NCBI GenBank assembly: GCA_029862005.1
Contig: JAOTYD010000008.1
Location: forward strand, 4,472 to 68,471
Direction: 5' to 3'
DNA length: 64,000 bases
Origin: Gammaproteobacteria bacterium
GTDB lineage: Bacteria; Pseudomonadota; Gammaproteobacteria; GCA-001735895
Made by a program: the position numbers and the translations under genes. The notes below the pieces were generated by a model, which saw nothing but the letters and a program-made list of their open reading frames with translations, did not search any database and had not been told where the DNA came from. Position 1 is the first letter of the stretch; the number at the start of each line of letters is the position of its first letter. Below are positions 1 to 11,263 of this stretch, piece by piece.

Positions 1-1067
<1,067 letters not shown>

Positions 1068-1076
1068 AATCTCGCC

Positions 1077-1853
1077 ATGCCCGCGATTCTTGACCAGTTC
1101 AAGCTAGCCGGTAGTAACTTTGTTGTGACCGGAGCAAGCTCCGGAATCGGTCGTGCCATGGCAGGTTTCCTGGCGCAGGCCGGTGCCGGTGTGGTGCTGG
1201 TGGCGCGACGCGAAACCGCGTTGGCCGAGGCCGTCGACGAAATTAATACCGGTGTTGACAAAGCCAGTTACGTGGTCGCCGACCTTGAACAGCGCGATCA
1301 GCTTGCGGAAATTGCCGCTCAATGCAAGTCGTCGATCAAGGGTGGGCATATCGATGGCATCGTTAATGCTGCCGGACTTAACCTGCGCGAACCGGTTGAG
1401 CAGGTATCGATCGAGAGCTGGGATGTCACGATAAACCTGAACCTTTCAGTTCCATTTTTCTTCACGCGCGAATTTATACCAGAGATGCGCAGTCGAAAAT
1501 TTGGCCGCATCATCAACATTGCCTCGTTGCAATCGACGCGCGCTTTTCCAAATGGTCTGCCCTATGGTGCTTCCAAGGGTGGCATCTGCCAGTTGACACG
1601 CGCCATGGCAGAAGCCTGGTCACGCCACGGTATTTGCTGCAACGCGCTGGCACCCGGATTTTTTCCGACCGAGCTCACGGCCCCGGTATTCGATAATCCC
1701 GAGAGCCGGGATCGGTTCGCGCAACAAACCGCGATCGGGCGTAACGGCGAACTCGAAGATTTATCGGGAGCTACCATATTTTTTGCCTCGCCGGCGTCGG
1801 GTTATATTACCGGCCAGACCCTGGCGGTCGATGGAGGATTCACCGCAAAATGA
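1077..1853 (+). CDS. Short-chain dehydrogenase/reductase (SDR) family oxidoreductase
   Basis: N-terminal Rossmann motif VTGASSGIGRAMA and a YGASK catalytic block. Starts 10 nt after the upstream stop. Confidence 0.85.
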   Translation: MPAILDQFKLAGSNFVVTGASSGIGRAMAGFLAQAGAGVVLVARRETALAEAVDEINTGVDKASYVVADLEQRDQLAEIAAQCKSSIKGGHIDGIVNAAGLNLREPVEQVSIESWDVTINLNLSVPFFFTREFIPEMRSRKFGRIINIASLQSTRAFPNGLPYGASKGGICQLTRAMAEAWSRHGICCNALAPGFFPTELTAPVFDNPESRDRFAQQTAIGRNGELEDLSGATIFFASPASGYITGQTLAVDGGFTAK

Positions 1854-2842
1854 AAGCACTAGTTTACACCGCCAACGAGGAGATGACTTACCGCGATGAG
1901 CCGGAACCGACGCCCGACCAGGGCGATGCGCTAATTGCAATCGAATCTGTCGGTATCTGTGGGTCCGACATGCACGCCTACCTTGGACACGACGAGAGGC
2001 GGGTGCCACCTTTGATACTGGGTCATGAGGCAGTAGGCACGGTCATCGAGGGTGGCAATAGCGGGCAACGGGTCGTGTTGAATCCACTCATCACCTGTGG
2101 GATCTGCGACGATTGTCTCGGCGGACGCCAGAACCTGTGCGCGAGTCGCGACTTGATCGGTATGTATCGCGCCGGCGCTTTCGCCGAGAAAATTGCGATT
2201 CCCGAGCGTAACCTGATCCCGGTACCGCAAGGAATGCCGAGTGAACACGCGGCGCTGACTGAACCGGGTGCGACCGGTCTGCATGCGGTTTTGCTCGCCG
2301 AGCGGATCGTCAGTCGGCCCTTGAGCGAATCGTGCGCGCTCGTCATTGGCGCCGGTTCGGTCGGTTTACTGACCGCGTTGATACTGCGTGACAAGGGCGT
2401 CGAAGAAATCGTGGTCGCCGAAACCAACCCGTTGAGGCGCGAACTGGTTGCACAACACTGCGATTTTGAGTTGATTGATCCGATTACTGAACAGCCAGCG
2501 GCACAACGCTTCGATTGCGTGTTTGACGCGGTCGGTGGAGCAGTCACGCGCGAGCAGGCGGTGCCGGCTACTCGATCTGGCGGGATTATCGTGCATATCG
2601 GTTTGATGGATAACAAGGGATCGATGGACGTGCGCGCGATGACTCTGCGCGAGATCACGTTTATCGGCACCTATACCTATACCCCGTTAGATTTGGGCGC
2701 CACGCTGCATAAATTAAACAGCGGTGCGCTTGGCAGCCTGAACTGGATTGAACAACGACCATTGGCCGATGGCGCCGAGGCATTCAGCGAGTTGCTACAT
2801 GGGCAATGTGCTGCGCCTAAGGTTGTTTTAAGTACCGTTTAA
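1850..2842 (+). CDS. Zn-dependent medium-chain alcohol/polyol dehydrogenase (MDR family)
   Basis: GICGSDMHAYLGHDE zinc-ADH signature and a GAGSVGL NAD-binding motif. Its ATG overlaps the SDR stop (ATGA). Confidence 0.85.
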   Translation: MKALVYTANEEMTYRDEPEPTPDQGDALIAIESVGICGSDMHAYLGHDERRVPPLILGHEAVGTVIEGGNSGQRVVLNPLITCGICDDCLGGRQNLCASRDLIGMYRAGAFAEKIAIPERNLIPVPQGMPSEHAALTEPGATGLHAVLLAERIVSRPLSESCALVIGAGSVGLLTALILRDKGVEEIVVAETNPLRRELVAQHCDFELIDPITEQPAAQRFDCVFDAVGGAVTREQAVPATRSGGIIVHIGLMDNKGSMDVRAMTLREITFIGTYTYTPLDLGATLHKLNSGALGSLNWIEQRPLADGAEAFSELLHGQCAAPKVVLSTV

Positions 2843-2876
2843 AGTCAGTAGTCAAACCGTCCGAACCGTACCAGCG

Positions 2877-2898
2877 GCCCGGGTTTCCACTCCCGGGC
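2877..2898 (+). terminator. GC-rich hairpin (GCCCGGG-N8-CCCGGGC) followed by a T-rich run; candidate intrinsic terminator between the ADH and glpK
   Basis: Perfect 7-bp stem read directly; CTTTGGCGGTTT follows. Confidence 0.35.
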
Positions 2899-2912
2899 TT
2901 TGGCGGTTTAGT

Positions 2913-4397
2913 TCAGGCGCTGGTCTTAACCTTGATCACGGCCTCGTGCCAGTCGGCCAGCAGCAGGCTGCGCTGATGGGCTTCCATTTCGGGATCAAAC
3001 TCCCGCTCCGCCTGCCAACGCCGCGCAACATCGTCAAGCGAGTCGAATAATCCGACCTGCAGGCCGGCGAGGTAGGCGGCACCCAGCGCGGTGGTTTCGG
3101 TCTCCACTGGCCGTTCGACAATGATGTCTAGCATGCTGGCGAGAAACTGGCACAGCCAGTTATTTTGTACCATGCCACCATCGACACGTAACCGGGTCGG
3201 GGTTATACCGTCGCGGCGCTTGGCCTCGAGCAGGTCGAAGGTCTGGTAGCAAATCGATTCGAGCGTGGCGCGCACCAGCTCGGCCGGCCCGGTATCGCGC
3301 GTAATGCCAAATATTGCACCACGAGCTTCGGGATCCCAGTGCGGGGCACCCAGACCGGTAAACGCCGGCACCAGGTAGACCCCATTATTGGAATCGAGCG
3401 ATTCGGCCATGGCCTCGGTTTGATGCGCCGTATCGATGATGCCGATGCCATCGCGCAGCCACTGCACCGCGGCACCGGCAACGAAGATCGAACCTTCCAG
3501 TGCATAAGTCGTTTTTCCGGCAAGCCGGTAGCCAACCGTAGTTAACAGCTTGTTGCTTGACGCCAGTGCCTGCGCACCGGTATTCAGCATCATGAAACAA
3601 CCGGTGCCATAGGTGCTCTTGATCATTCCGGTTTCGAAACAGGCCTGGCCGACGAGCGCGGCCTGTTGATCGCCAGCAACACCCGCGATTGGAATTTCGA
3701 CGCTCAGCAATGACTTGCTGGTTACCCCGTAGTCAGCAGCACAGTCGCGAACGTCGGGCAATAGTGACTCGGGAACGTCAAGCATGTCGAGTAGTTCGGT
3801 ATCCCATTGCTGTGTATGGATATCGAACATCAGCGTGCGAGAAGCGTTGGTAGCGTCGGTGGCATGAACCTTGCCGCCAGTCAGGCGCCAGATCAGGAAA
3901 CTGTCGATCGTACCGAAAGCCAGTTCTCCCTTGGCGGCACGGGCTCGTGCGCCCTCGACATTTTCGAGAATCCAGTTAACCTTGGTGCCGGAAAAATAAG
4001 GGTCTAGCAGTAGCCCGGTTTTTGCGGTAACCATAGCTTCCAGGTTTTGGGCGCGCAAGGTTTCGCAATAGTTGGCGGTGCGGCGATCCTGCCACACGAT
4101 CGCGTGGTAGATCGGCTCGCCGCTGGAACGGTCCCAGACCACGGTAGTTTCGCGCTGGTTGGTAATGCCGATCGCGGCGATTTCGCGATTGTCGGTACCC
4201 GCCTTTTCAAGAGCGTCACGCACTACTGTCAGTGTTGTCGTCCAGATTTCTTCTGCGTTATGCTCAACCCAGCCATCCCTCGGAAAATGCTGCGAAAATT
4301 CCTTTTGTGCGGTAAAGCAGGCATGCCCGTTTTCGTCGAACAGCATGGCCCGTGAACTGGTGGTGCCCTGGTCGATGCTGAGAATATACTGACTCAT
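2913..4397 (-). CDS. glpK: Glycerol kinase
   Basis: Full-length FGGY kinase; N-terminus [21 protein letters not shown] is typical of GlpK. Confidence 0.9.
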   Translation of the reverse strand: MSQYILSIDQGTTSSRAMLFDENGHACFTAQKEFSQHFPRDGWVEHNAEEIWTTTLTVVRDALEKAGTDNREIAAIGITNQRETTVVWDRSSGEPIYHAIVWQDRRTANYCETLRAQNLEAMVTAKTGLLLDPYFSGTKVNWILENVEGARARAAKGELAFGTIDSFLIWRLTGGKVHATDATNASRTLMFDIHTQQWDTELLDMLDVPESLLPDVRDCAADYGVTSKSLLSVEIPIAGVAGDQQAALVGQACFETGMIKSTYGTGCFMMLNTGAQALASSNKLLTTVGYRLAGKTTYALEGSIFVAGAAVQWLRDGIGIIDTAHQTEAMAESLDSNNGVYLVPAFTGLGAPHWDPEARGAIFGITRDTGPAELVRATLESICYQTFDLLEAKRRDGITPTRLRVDGGMVQNNWLCQFLASMLDIIVERPVETETTALGAAYLAGLQVGLFDSLDDVARRWQAEREFDPEMEAHQRSLLLADWHEAVIKVKTSA

Positions 4398-4465
4398 CTA
4401 AAAATCCTCTGTGCTGTCATCCCGAACTCGACTCGGGCTCTTGCAATCATCGCATTATATCGAGA

Positions 4466-4560
4466 TTCCGATATGTCGGACCACCGCTTATGCGGGAATG
4501 ACGGCAAAGTTTATGCGTCATCCCGGGCTTGACCGATACGTCGGACCGCCGGGATCTTGT
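4466..4560. repeat. REP-like hairpin repeat, site A (GCGGGAATGACG ... CGTCATCCCGGG)
   Basis: Intergenic between glpK and glpD. Shares the GCGGGAATGAC core with sites B, C, D, F and G. Confidence 0.45.
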
Positions 4561-4618
4561 AATGTCGCCGTGAATCAAATATTCCCGCCGGGCCGCGCAG
4601 GTTCGCGAGAGAATGAGA

Positions 4619-6220
4619 CTATTTCGCAAAATACTCATCGAAACGTGCCTTTGCCTCGTTGCCAAATAGCTTTTCGCAGGCCTCGAACAGACCTGCCGAT
4701 TGTTGCAGTGTCGTACGCGACACCAGCAACTCGATCTTGGAGCGGCGCCTGAGATAATCTTCGAGTTTGACGATCATTTCATTGTGCGCCAGGTATTCTA
4801 TTTCGCAACGGCGGATGCCGGTGTTTTCAATCAACGGCTCTGTCAGGGTGGGGTTCCGCTCAATCGCGTTGAGCAGGGTCTCGGCCTGTGCGCCATAGCG
4901 GCGCCACAAGCGCCTGCTTAAGGGTTCACAGGTGTCGTTGGCGAAAAATTCATCGAGCCCCAGCTTGCTTGCACGTTTGAAATAAGCCTGTTGTGCCTGA
5001 TCATCGGGTTCCCCATACCATTTCTCGACATGATCCAGTTTCAGGCCGAGTTCGGCGACGCAAGCACAAATCTCGTTGCCGACATTCAGGCAGTCAGTCA
5101 ATTTGCCACCAAAAATACTGATGTGACTCTGACCGGCGGACATCTCAATCACGTGTTTGCGCGATAGTTGCTGGACGTCAATCGAATTATCGCCGAGCTT
5201 GCGTGTTGCCAATGGCCGTACGCCACAGCGCTCGGCAATAATATCCCCGGGTACTAGCGGTGTGGGTAGATCGAGTCGGGCATTTATGTTCGATAGCACG
5301 AAATCACGATCCTCATCGGTTACCGCGGGGACAGGATCGTCAACCTTCGTGTCGGTAGTACCGATGCAGGTCCGGTTTGCCATGGGTATTGCAAAGAACA
5401 GGCGTTCATCGTCGGCAAAAAATGCAAGCACGCGATGATTTTCCGAAATCTGCGGTACGATCAGATGGATGCCTTTCGATAAAACGTGTTGGTATTCAGT
5501 CTCGACGCCGGTGAGCGCATTATGGCTGTCGACGAAGGCACCCGCCGCATTGATCAGGATTCTGGAGCGAATTTCAAACGAGTTGCCGTTGATCTGGTCC
5601 TGTGCCTGCGTGATCCAGTGGCCATTCGCATCGCGGGTCGCTCCTTCAGATTTGACATAGTTGGCCGCAACACAGCCGTTGTCGAGTGCGCTGCGCACGA
5701 AGTTGAATACAAAGCGAGCGTCGTTATCATGCAGAAACGCATCTGAGTACTCGATTCCGGCGCTGCTTATGCCCGTGTTGATTAAGGGTTCGATCTGCTT
5801 TAAACGACGCGGTGAAACCAGCTTTGGTGTGCGAGTTTTACCCCGGCCCAGCAACCAGTAGAGCCAGGTACTTGCCAAGATAATCCAGGGGTGAAATCGA
5901 AAACGTTTGTTGACCGTCATCAGGAAGCGAATTTCCTTGACGGTAGAGGGAAAGCTGTCGAGCAACTCGTTGCGCGACTTGCACAGTCCCGCAACCAGGC
6001 CGAACTCATAGCCTTCCATGTACTTGATACCGCCCCAGACCAGGTTGGAGGATTGCTGGCTGGTGAAACCGGCAAAGTCTCCGGCATCGATCAGCGCGAC
6101 GCTTGCCCCACGTGCTGCCAGTGCCGCAGCCGTTACCGCACCGTTGATGCCACCACCCACAATCAGAACTTCAAAGGCTTCATTTTCGAGGCGCGCAATA
6201 TTGCCGTTACGCAGGTCCAT
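4619..6220 (-). CDS. glpD: FAD-dependent sn-glycerol-3-phosphate dehydrogenase
   Basis: FAD dinucleotide-binding motif VGGGINGAVTAAALAARG; the length fits GlpD and it sits in the glycerol locus. Confidence 0.9.
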   Translation of the reverse strand: MDLRNGNIARLENEAFEVLIVGGGINGAVTAAALAARGASVALIDAGDFAGFTSQQSSNLVWGGIKYMEGYEFGLVAGLCKSRNELLDSFPSTVKEIRFLMTVNKRFRFHPWIILASTWLYWLLGRGKTRTPKLVSPRRLKQIEPLINTGISSAGIEYSDAFLHDNDARFVFNFVRSALDNGCVAANYVKSEGATRDANGHWITQAQDQINGNSFEIRSRILINAAGAFVDSHNALTGVETEYQHVLSKGIHLIVPQISENHRVLAFFADDERLFFAIPMANRTCIGTTDTKVDDPVPAVTDEDRDFVLSNINARLDLPTPLVPGDIIAERCGVRPLATRKLGDNSIDVQQLSRKHVIEMSAGQSHISIFGGKLTDCLNVGNEICACVAELGLKLDHVEKWYGEPDDQAQQAYFKRASKLGLDEFFANDTCEPLSRRLWRRYGAQAETLLNAIERNPTLTEPLIENTGIRRCEIEYLAHNEMIVKLEDYLRRRSKIELLVSRTTLQQSAGLFEACEKLFGNEAKARFDEYFAK

Positions 6221-6264
6221 CGATTTACCGACACGGCTCCCTGTGATTCAAATTTACAGCCAAT

Positions 6265-6549
6265 TCAGACTTTCCTGAAAACAAAGACGAACCAGCCAAT
6301 TGCCAACGCCAGCGCGCCCCATAGCGGGGTGCCGATAAAGGCCAGCCATCCCAGGTTGATAAATCCCGTGCCCAACCATGAAATGAAGAGGCGATCACCA
6401 CGAGTCGTATCGATGCCGAATATACCGCGGCGTGGATTACCCCCGGGGCTGAATTTTTCCCAGACGCCCATGGTGACGATTGACCCCACCAACGTTATGA
6501 AAAACGCGGCGGTCGGCCAGGTCCATGCCATCCAGGATAAATCTAACAC
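6265..6549 (-). CDS. Small integral membrane protein (DUF2160-like, GlpU-type component of glycerol ABC systems)
   Basis: 94 aa with two hydrophobic segments. Positioned between the permeases and glpD as in rhizobial glpSTPQUV loci. Confidence 0.6.
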   Translation of the reverse strand: MLDLSWMAWTWPTAAFFITLVGSIVTMGVWEKFSPGGNPRRGIFGIDTTRGDRLFISWLGTGFINLGWLAFIGTPLWGALALAIGWFVFVFRKV

Positions 6550-6564
6550 GGGGCACCCATCTGA

Positions 6565-7362
6565 CTAAACACGTCCCAGGGCAAAACCCTTGGCGATGTA
6601 GTTGCGCACGAAGTAAATGACAAACGCTCCCGGTATGATGGTGAGCGAACCCGCGGCGGCCAACAGTCCAAGTTCGTAACCCGAGGTACTTGCCGTTCGC
6701 GTCATGGTCGCTGCAATGGGCTTGGCTTCAACCGAGGTCAGGGTTTTTGCCAGTAACAGTTCCACCCACGAGTACATGAAGCAGAAGAACATGGCGACGC
6801 CGATACCGGCTGCGATGGTTGGGATAAAAATACGAATAAAAAATCGCCAGAAGGAGTAGCCGTCGAGATAGGCGGTTTCATCGAGCTCTTTCGGAATCCC
6901 GGACATGAAGCCCTCGAGAATCCATACCGCGAGCGGAATGTTAAACAGGCAATGCGCGAGCGCGACGGCGATATGCGTATCAAACAACTCGATCGATGAG
7001 TAAAGCTGGAAGAATGGCAGTGCAAACACGGCCGGGGGCGCCATACGATTGGTCAATAACCAGAAGAACAGATGCTTGTCACCGAGGAAACGATAGCGTG
7101 AAAACGCGTAAGCCGCGGGTAGCGCGACCGAAACCGAAATGAAAGTGTTGATGACCACGTAAATCAGCGAATTGATGTAACCGTTATACCAGGTTGGATC
7201 GGTAAAAATCTTGGTATAGTTTTCTAGCGTGAACTGTTGTGGAAAAAATGAAAACCCGCCCAGAATTTCGTTGGTCGTTTTAAACGACATCGACAGCAGC
7301 CCGTAGATCGGCAGCATCAGGAACAGGATATACAGGGTTGGCAAAACCCATTTTCTATTCAT
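6565..7362 (-). CDS. Carbohydrate-type ABC transporter permease (glycerol uptake)
   Basis: Multi-pass membrane protein with a binding-protein-dependent permease signature region. Confidence 0.8.
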   Translation of the reverse strand: MNRKWVLPTLYILFLMLPIYGLLSMSFKTTNEILGGFSFFPQQFTLENYTKIFTDPTWYNGYINSLIYVVINTFISVSVALPAAYAFSRYRFLGDKHLFFWLLTNRMAPPAVFALPFFQLYSSIELFDTHIAVALAHCLFNIPLAVWILEGFMSGIPKELDETAYLDGYSFWRFFIRIFIPTIAAGIGVAMFFCFMYSWVELLLAKTLTSVEAKPIAATMTRTASTSGYELGLLAAAGSLTIIPGAFVIYFVRNYIAKGFALGRV

Positions 7363-7366
7363 GCGG

Positions 7367-8254
7367 TCATTGCTCCTCGTTGCGCATCATCACGGTGTAA
7401 AAAACCCAGCAAATCAGCAACACGACCAGGAAGTAGATTAATGACATCGCCGCCGCGGGGCCGAGATCGAATTGCCCGAGCGCGATCTTGACCAGGTCGA
7501 TCGACAGGAAGGTGGTGGTGTTGCCCGGGCCGCCTCCGGTCAGTACGAAGGGTTCGGTGTATATCATGAAACTGTCCATGAAACGCAACAGGATCGCAAT
7601 GGTCAGTACCCGTTTCATTTTCGGCAACTGGATATAACGAAATACCGCCCAGCGACTGGCGCCATCGATGTGCGCAGCCTGGTAGTAGGCATCGGGAATC
7701 GAACACAACCCGGCATAACAAAGTAACACCACCAGGGAAGTCCAGTGCCAGACATCCATAACTACAGTCGTCATCCAGGCAGATACTGGTTGCTGGGTGA
7801 AATTGTAGTCAAAACCTATCGAGTTCAGGCTGTACCCGAGCAGGCCGATGTCGGGTAGCGCGAAAATGTTCCACATCGCACCGACGACGTTCCACGGGAT
7901 CAGCAACGGCAGCGCCATCAGCACCAGGCAGACCGAGACCCATGGTCCCTTGCGCGGCATCGACAGTGCGACCGCGATCCCGAGCGGGACCTCGATCGAG
8001 ATTATCATGCCGGTAAACAACAACTGTCGCAGTAGCGAATCGTGAAAACGTTCGGAACGCAGTACCTTCTCGAACCAGGTGACGCCTTCCCAGAAAAAAG
8101 CGTTATTACCGAAAGTTTCCTGCACCGAGTAATTGACGACCGTCATCAGCGGGATGAATGCGTTGAATGCCACCAGTAGTAATACCGGCACCACCAGCCA
8201 CCAGGCTTTTTGATTGGTGGTTTTACGCACCTTTCGCCTCCACCACCCAGTCAT
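7367..8254 (-). CDS. Carbohydrate-type ABC transporter permease (glycerol uptake)
   Basis: Six-TM permease topology, directly upstream of the second permease. Confidence 0.8.
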   Translation of the reverse strand: MTGWWRRKVRKTTNQKAWWLVVPVLLLVAFNAFIPLMTVVNYSVQETFGNNAFFWEGVTWFEKVLRSERFHDSLLRQLLFTGMIISIEVPLGIAVALSMPRKGPWVSVCLVLMALPLLIPWNVVGAMWNIFALPDIGLLGYSLNSIGFDYNFTQQPVSAWMTTVVMDVWHWTSLVVLLCYAGLCSIPDAYYQAAHIDGASRWAVFRYIQLPKMKRVLTIAILLRFMDSFMIYTEPFVLTGGGPGNTTTFLSIDLVKIALGQFDLGPAAAMSLIYFLVVLLICWVFYTVMMRNEEQ

Positions 8255-9299
8255 CGCGATAAATGTGGAGATTGGCGGGATCGAATTGAATCATCGGGCT
8301 TTCCGGGGGTATTGCCTGGTCTTCTGCAACCAGCATCTTGATTTGCTCGGATTCGTGTTTGACGGTCACCACCTGGAAGCGCCCGAGGTCTTCAACTTTC
8401 TGAATCTCGACCGGAATCCCGTCATCGCCGAAACGAACAAACTCCGGCCGAATACCGATTTCGAGTTTACCGCTCAAATCGGTATCGGCCGGATAATCCG
8501 ACGAGAGCGGATTATTCCCAAATACGGGTTGCCCGTTTTCTAGCCTGCAGGGCAGTACGTTCATCCCGGGTGAACCAATAAAGTAGCCAACGAATGTGTG
8601 TTTGGGCCTGGAAAATAATTCTACGGGGCTGCCGACCTGAACCACCCCGCCGTCATGCATGACGATGACCTGATCGGCAAAGGTTAGCGCCTCGACCTGA
8701 TCGTGGGTAACGTAAATCATCGTAACCCCGATCTGTTGATGCAGCTCCTTGAGCTTCGAGCGCAGCTGCCATTTCAAATGCGGGTCGATGACCGTCAGTG
8801 GCTCGTCGAACAGAATTGCGTTGACATCCTCGCGCACCAGACCCCGGCCCAGGGAAATTTTTTGCTTGCCGTCCGCAGTCAGACCCGAAGCACGCTGCTG
8901 CAATCGCTCGGACAGGTCCAGCATGTCGGCGATCTCGGTAACTCTTTCCCGGATCCTTGCTTCCGGCATACCTCGATTGCGCAGTGGAAATGCCAGGTTA
9001 TCGAACACGGTCATCGTGTCGTAGACCACCGGAAACTGGAAAACCTGTGCAATATGTCGACCGGCCGTAGGCAGCTGGGTCACCTCTTGATGGTCAAACA
9101 GAATCGAACCTTCTGACGGTGTCAGTAACCCCGAAATAATGTTTAACAAGGTCGTTTTGCCACAGCCTGAGGGACCGAGCAGCGCGTAAGCACCGCCATC
9201 TTCCCATACCTGGCTGACTTCCTTGAGCGCGTATACAGGTGCCTGGCCCGGTGGCGGGGGATAGGCATGGCGTACGTCCTTAAACTCGATTCGCGACAT
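8223..9299 (-). CDS. ABC transporter ATP-binding protein, MalK/UgpC-like, with a degenerate signature motif
   Basis: Walker A GPSGCGKTT and a C-terminal TOBE-like domain. The signature reads ISLGRG instead of LSGGQ. Confidence 0.8.
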   Translation of the reverse strand: MSRIEFKDVRHAYPPPPGQAPVYALKEVSQVWEDGGAYALLGPSGCGKTTLLNIISGLLTPSEGSILFDHQEVTQLPTAGRHIAQVFQFPVVYDTMTVFDNLAFPLRNRGMPEARIRERVTEIADMLDLSERLQQRASGLTADGKQKISLGRGLVREDVNAILFDEPLTVIDPHLKWQLRSKLKELHQQIGVTMIYVTHDQVEALTFADQVIVMHDGGVVQVGSPVELFSRPKHTFVGYFIGSPGMNVLPCRLENGQPVFGNNPLSSDYPADTDLSGKLEIGIRPEFVRFGDDGIPVEIQKVEDLGRFQVVTVKHESEQIKMLVAEDQAIPPESPMIQFDPANLHIYRDDWVVEAKGA

Positions 9300-9300
9300 G

Positions 9301-10365
9301 CTACACCTGTGTTTCGATTAACATTTCGTTGGCGTCGAAATACAGGCAGCGATTCGAATCGAAGAAAAAACTGGCGCTCTCCCCAAATTCGTAGCCGTGA
9401 ATACCGTGCGCCTCGCTAACCCAGTTATTGCCTTCGATAATGACGCGAATGATACTTTCAGAGCCGCTAATCTCGGCAATCTGAACCTCGCCATCGACTT
9501 CGACACCTTCGCCAACGGGTAATAAATGGTGCGGCCGCAAACCGATTTTATAGGCTCCGTCGGGCATCTCGGCGAGCCTGGGTGGCACGCTCCAGCTCAC
9601 CGCGTCACTGAGGTAGGCGGTCTCACCACGTTTCTCGATCGAGGCGATATTAACCGGCGGGTCGGAGAAAACCCGGGCGCTCGCAAGCGATTCGGGATGG
9701 CGATAAATGGTCGAGGTTTTGCCGAACTGTACCACCCGCCCCTCGTCCAGGGTCGCCGTGTAACCCCCGAGCATCAGTGCCTCGAGCGGCTCGCTGGTAG
9801 CATAGACGACCGTGGCACCGGTATCGGCAAACATCCTCGGGAGTTCGTCGCGCAGCTCTTCGCGTAACTTGTAATCGAGGTTCGCAAGCGGCTCGTCCAG
9901 TAACACCAGTTCGGCCCCCTTGACCAGTGCCCGCGCCAGCGCGGTGCGCTGTTGCTGACCACCTGAAAGTTCACTCGGCAGGCGGTCGAGCATGGGTGTC
10001 AGTTTCAACAGGTCGGCAAAGCGACGCACCTTTTCATTAATTTCCTGTCGGGGTAATCCGGCAACCTTTAACGGTGAAGCGATGTTGTCGTAAACGCTGA
10101 AACTCGGGTAATTGATAAAGGCCTGGTAAACCATTGCAACGCTGCGCTTTTGCACCGGTATTCCGGTGACGTTTTCACCATTGACCCAGAGTTCACCACG
10201 GGTCGGTTTTTCCAGTCCTGCCATCAGGCGCATCAGCGAGGTCTTGCCGCTTAACGTGGTACCCAGCAGGATATTGAACTGGCCGGGTTCTAGCGACAAA
10301 TCGGTTTCGTAGATATGGGTCTCAGCACCAACTCGCAGTGAAACCTGGCGTAATTCAATCGCCAT
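9301..10365 (-). CDS. ABC transporter ATP-binding protein, MalK/UgpC-like, canonical
   Basis: Walker A GTTLSGKTS, signature LSGGQQQR and Walker B LVLLDEP. Confidence 0.85.
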   Translation of the reverse strand: MAIELRQVSLRVGAETHIYETDLSLEPGQFNILLGTTLSGKTSLMRLMAGLEKPTRGELWVNGENVTGIPVQKRSVAMVYQAFINYPSFSVYDNIASPLKVAGLPRQEINEKVRRFADLLKLTPMLDRLPSELSGGQQQRTALARALVKGAELVLLDEPLANLDYKLREELRDELPRMFADTGATVVYATSEPLEALMLGGYTATLDEGRVVQFGKTSTIYRHPESLASARVFSDPPVNIASIEKRGETAYLSDAVSWSVPPRLAEMPDGAYKIGLRPHHLLPVGEGVEVDGEVQIAEISGSESIIRVIIEGNNWVSEAHGIHGYEFGESASFFFDSNRCLYFDANEMLIETQV

Positions 10366-11169
10366 TTAAGCGCTTCCCGCCAATTTTTCAGTCGCGTGGG
10401 CGCGTTTAATGATTTCAAGATTGACATCGTACTCGCGGCACAGCCGGATCGCTTCGTCGGGAATGCCGTCATCCGTAACCAGCGTTTCGATCGCCGAAAC
10501 ACCCGCAATTCGAATTGGCGCATGACGTTCAAACTTCATCGAGTCGGTGACCAGTATGACCGAGCGCGCATGCTGAATGATCGCCCGCGTGACGCGAACT
10601 TCCCTGAGGTCAAAGTCGAAAAACTCGCCCTCGCTGTCGATCGCCGAGCAACCGATAATGGCATAGTCAACCTTGAAGTTGTCGATAAATTCCTCGGCGC
10701 TGGAACCAACGATTCCGCCATCAGAGCTCCGAATTGCACCACCCGCGATCATGACGTCGAGGCTGGGGGCAGGCCACAGCATACTGGCGACGTTGATGTT
10801 ATTGGTAATCACCAGCATCCCGCTGCGGTCGTAAAGATATTCGGCGACGCGCTCGGTGGTGGTGCCGATGTTGATGAACAGTGAAGAATTGTCGGGTAGT
10901 AACTCGGCCGCACGGCGGGCAATCTCGGATTTTTCCTCGCGCATCAGGATTTTACGAGCACCGTAGCCGAGATTTTCGACATTGTCTTTGACCACTGCGC
11001 CACCGTGAACCCGCTGCAGCAGCTGTTGTTCATACAGCTGGTTCAGGTCACGGCGAATGGTTTGTGGCGTTACCCGCAGGTGATTCGATAACTGGTCGAC
11101 CTGAACCGATCCATGCTCACGGATATAGTCCATGATCAGATGCTGTCGACTGCTGATATCGGTGCTCAT
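10366..11169 (-). CDS. glpR: DeoR-family transcriptional regulator (GlpR-like)
   Basis: N-terminal HTH VSPQTIRRDL-type block and a C-terminal sugar-phosphate sensor domain. Start placed at MSTDISS; the ORF could extend to 11235. Confidence 0.75.
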   Translation of the reverse strand: MSTDISSRQHLIMDYIREHGSVQVDQLSNHLRVTPQTIRRDLNQLYEQQLLQRVHGGAVVKDNVENLGYGARKILMREEKSEIARRAAELLPDNSSLFINIGTTTERVAEYLYDRSGMLVITNNINVASMLWPAPSLDVMIAGGAIRSSDGGIVGSSAEEFIDNFKVDYAIIGCSAIDSEGEFFDFDLREVRVTRAIIQHARSVILVTDSMKFERHAPIRIAGVSAIETLVTDDGIPDEAIRLCREYDVNLEIIKRAHATEKLAGSA

Positions 11170-11263
11170 CGTGGTTTCACAGAAATTTGAGAGCAGACCA
11201 CCCCCGGAGCCCTGTTTAACGAGCCCCGGCGGCAATCATGTTCAACGGTCTATCCCCAGACCG

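Noticed and set aside
10366-11235. The longer 289-aa form of the DeoR regulator, starting MPPGLVKQGSGGG.
   Set aside because: DeoR/GlpR proteins begin a few residues before the HTH. The Gly-rich extension is atypical, so the MSTDISS start at 11169 is preferred, though it remains uncertain.
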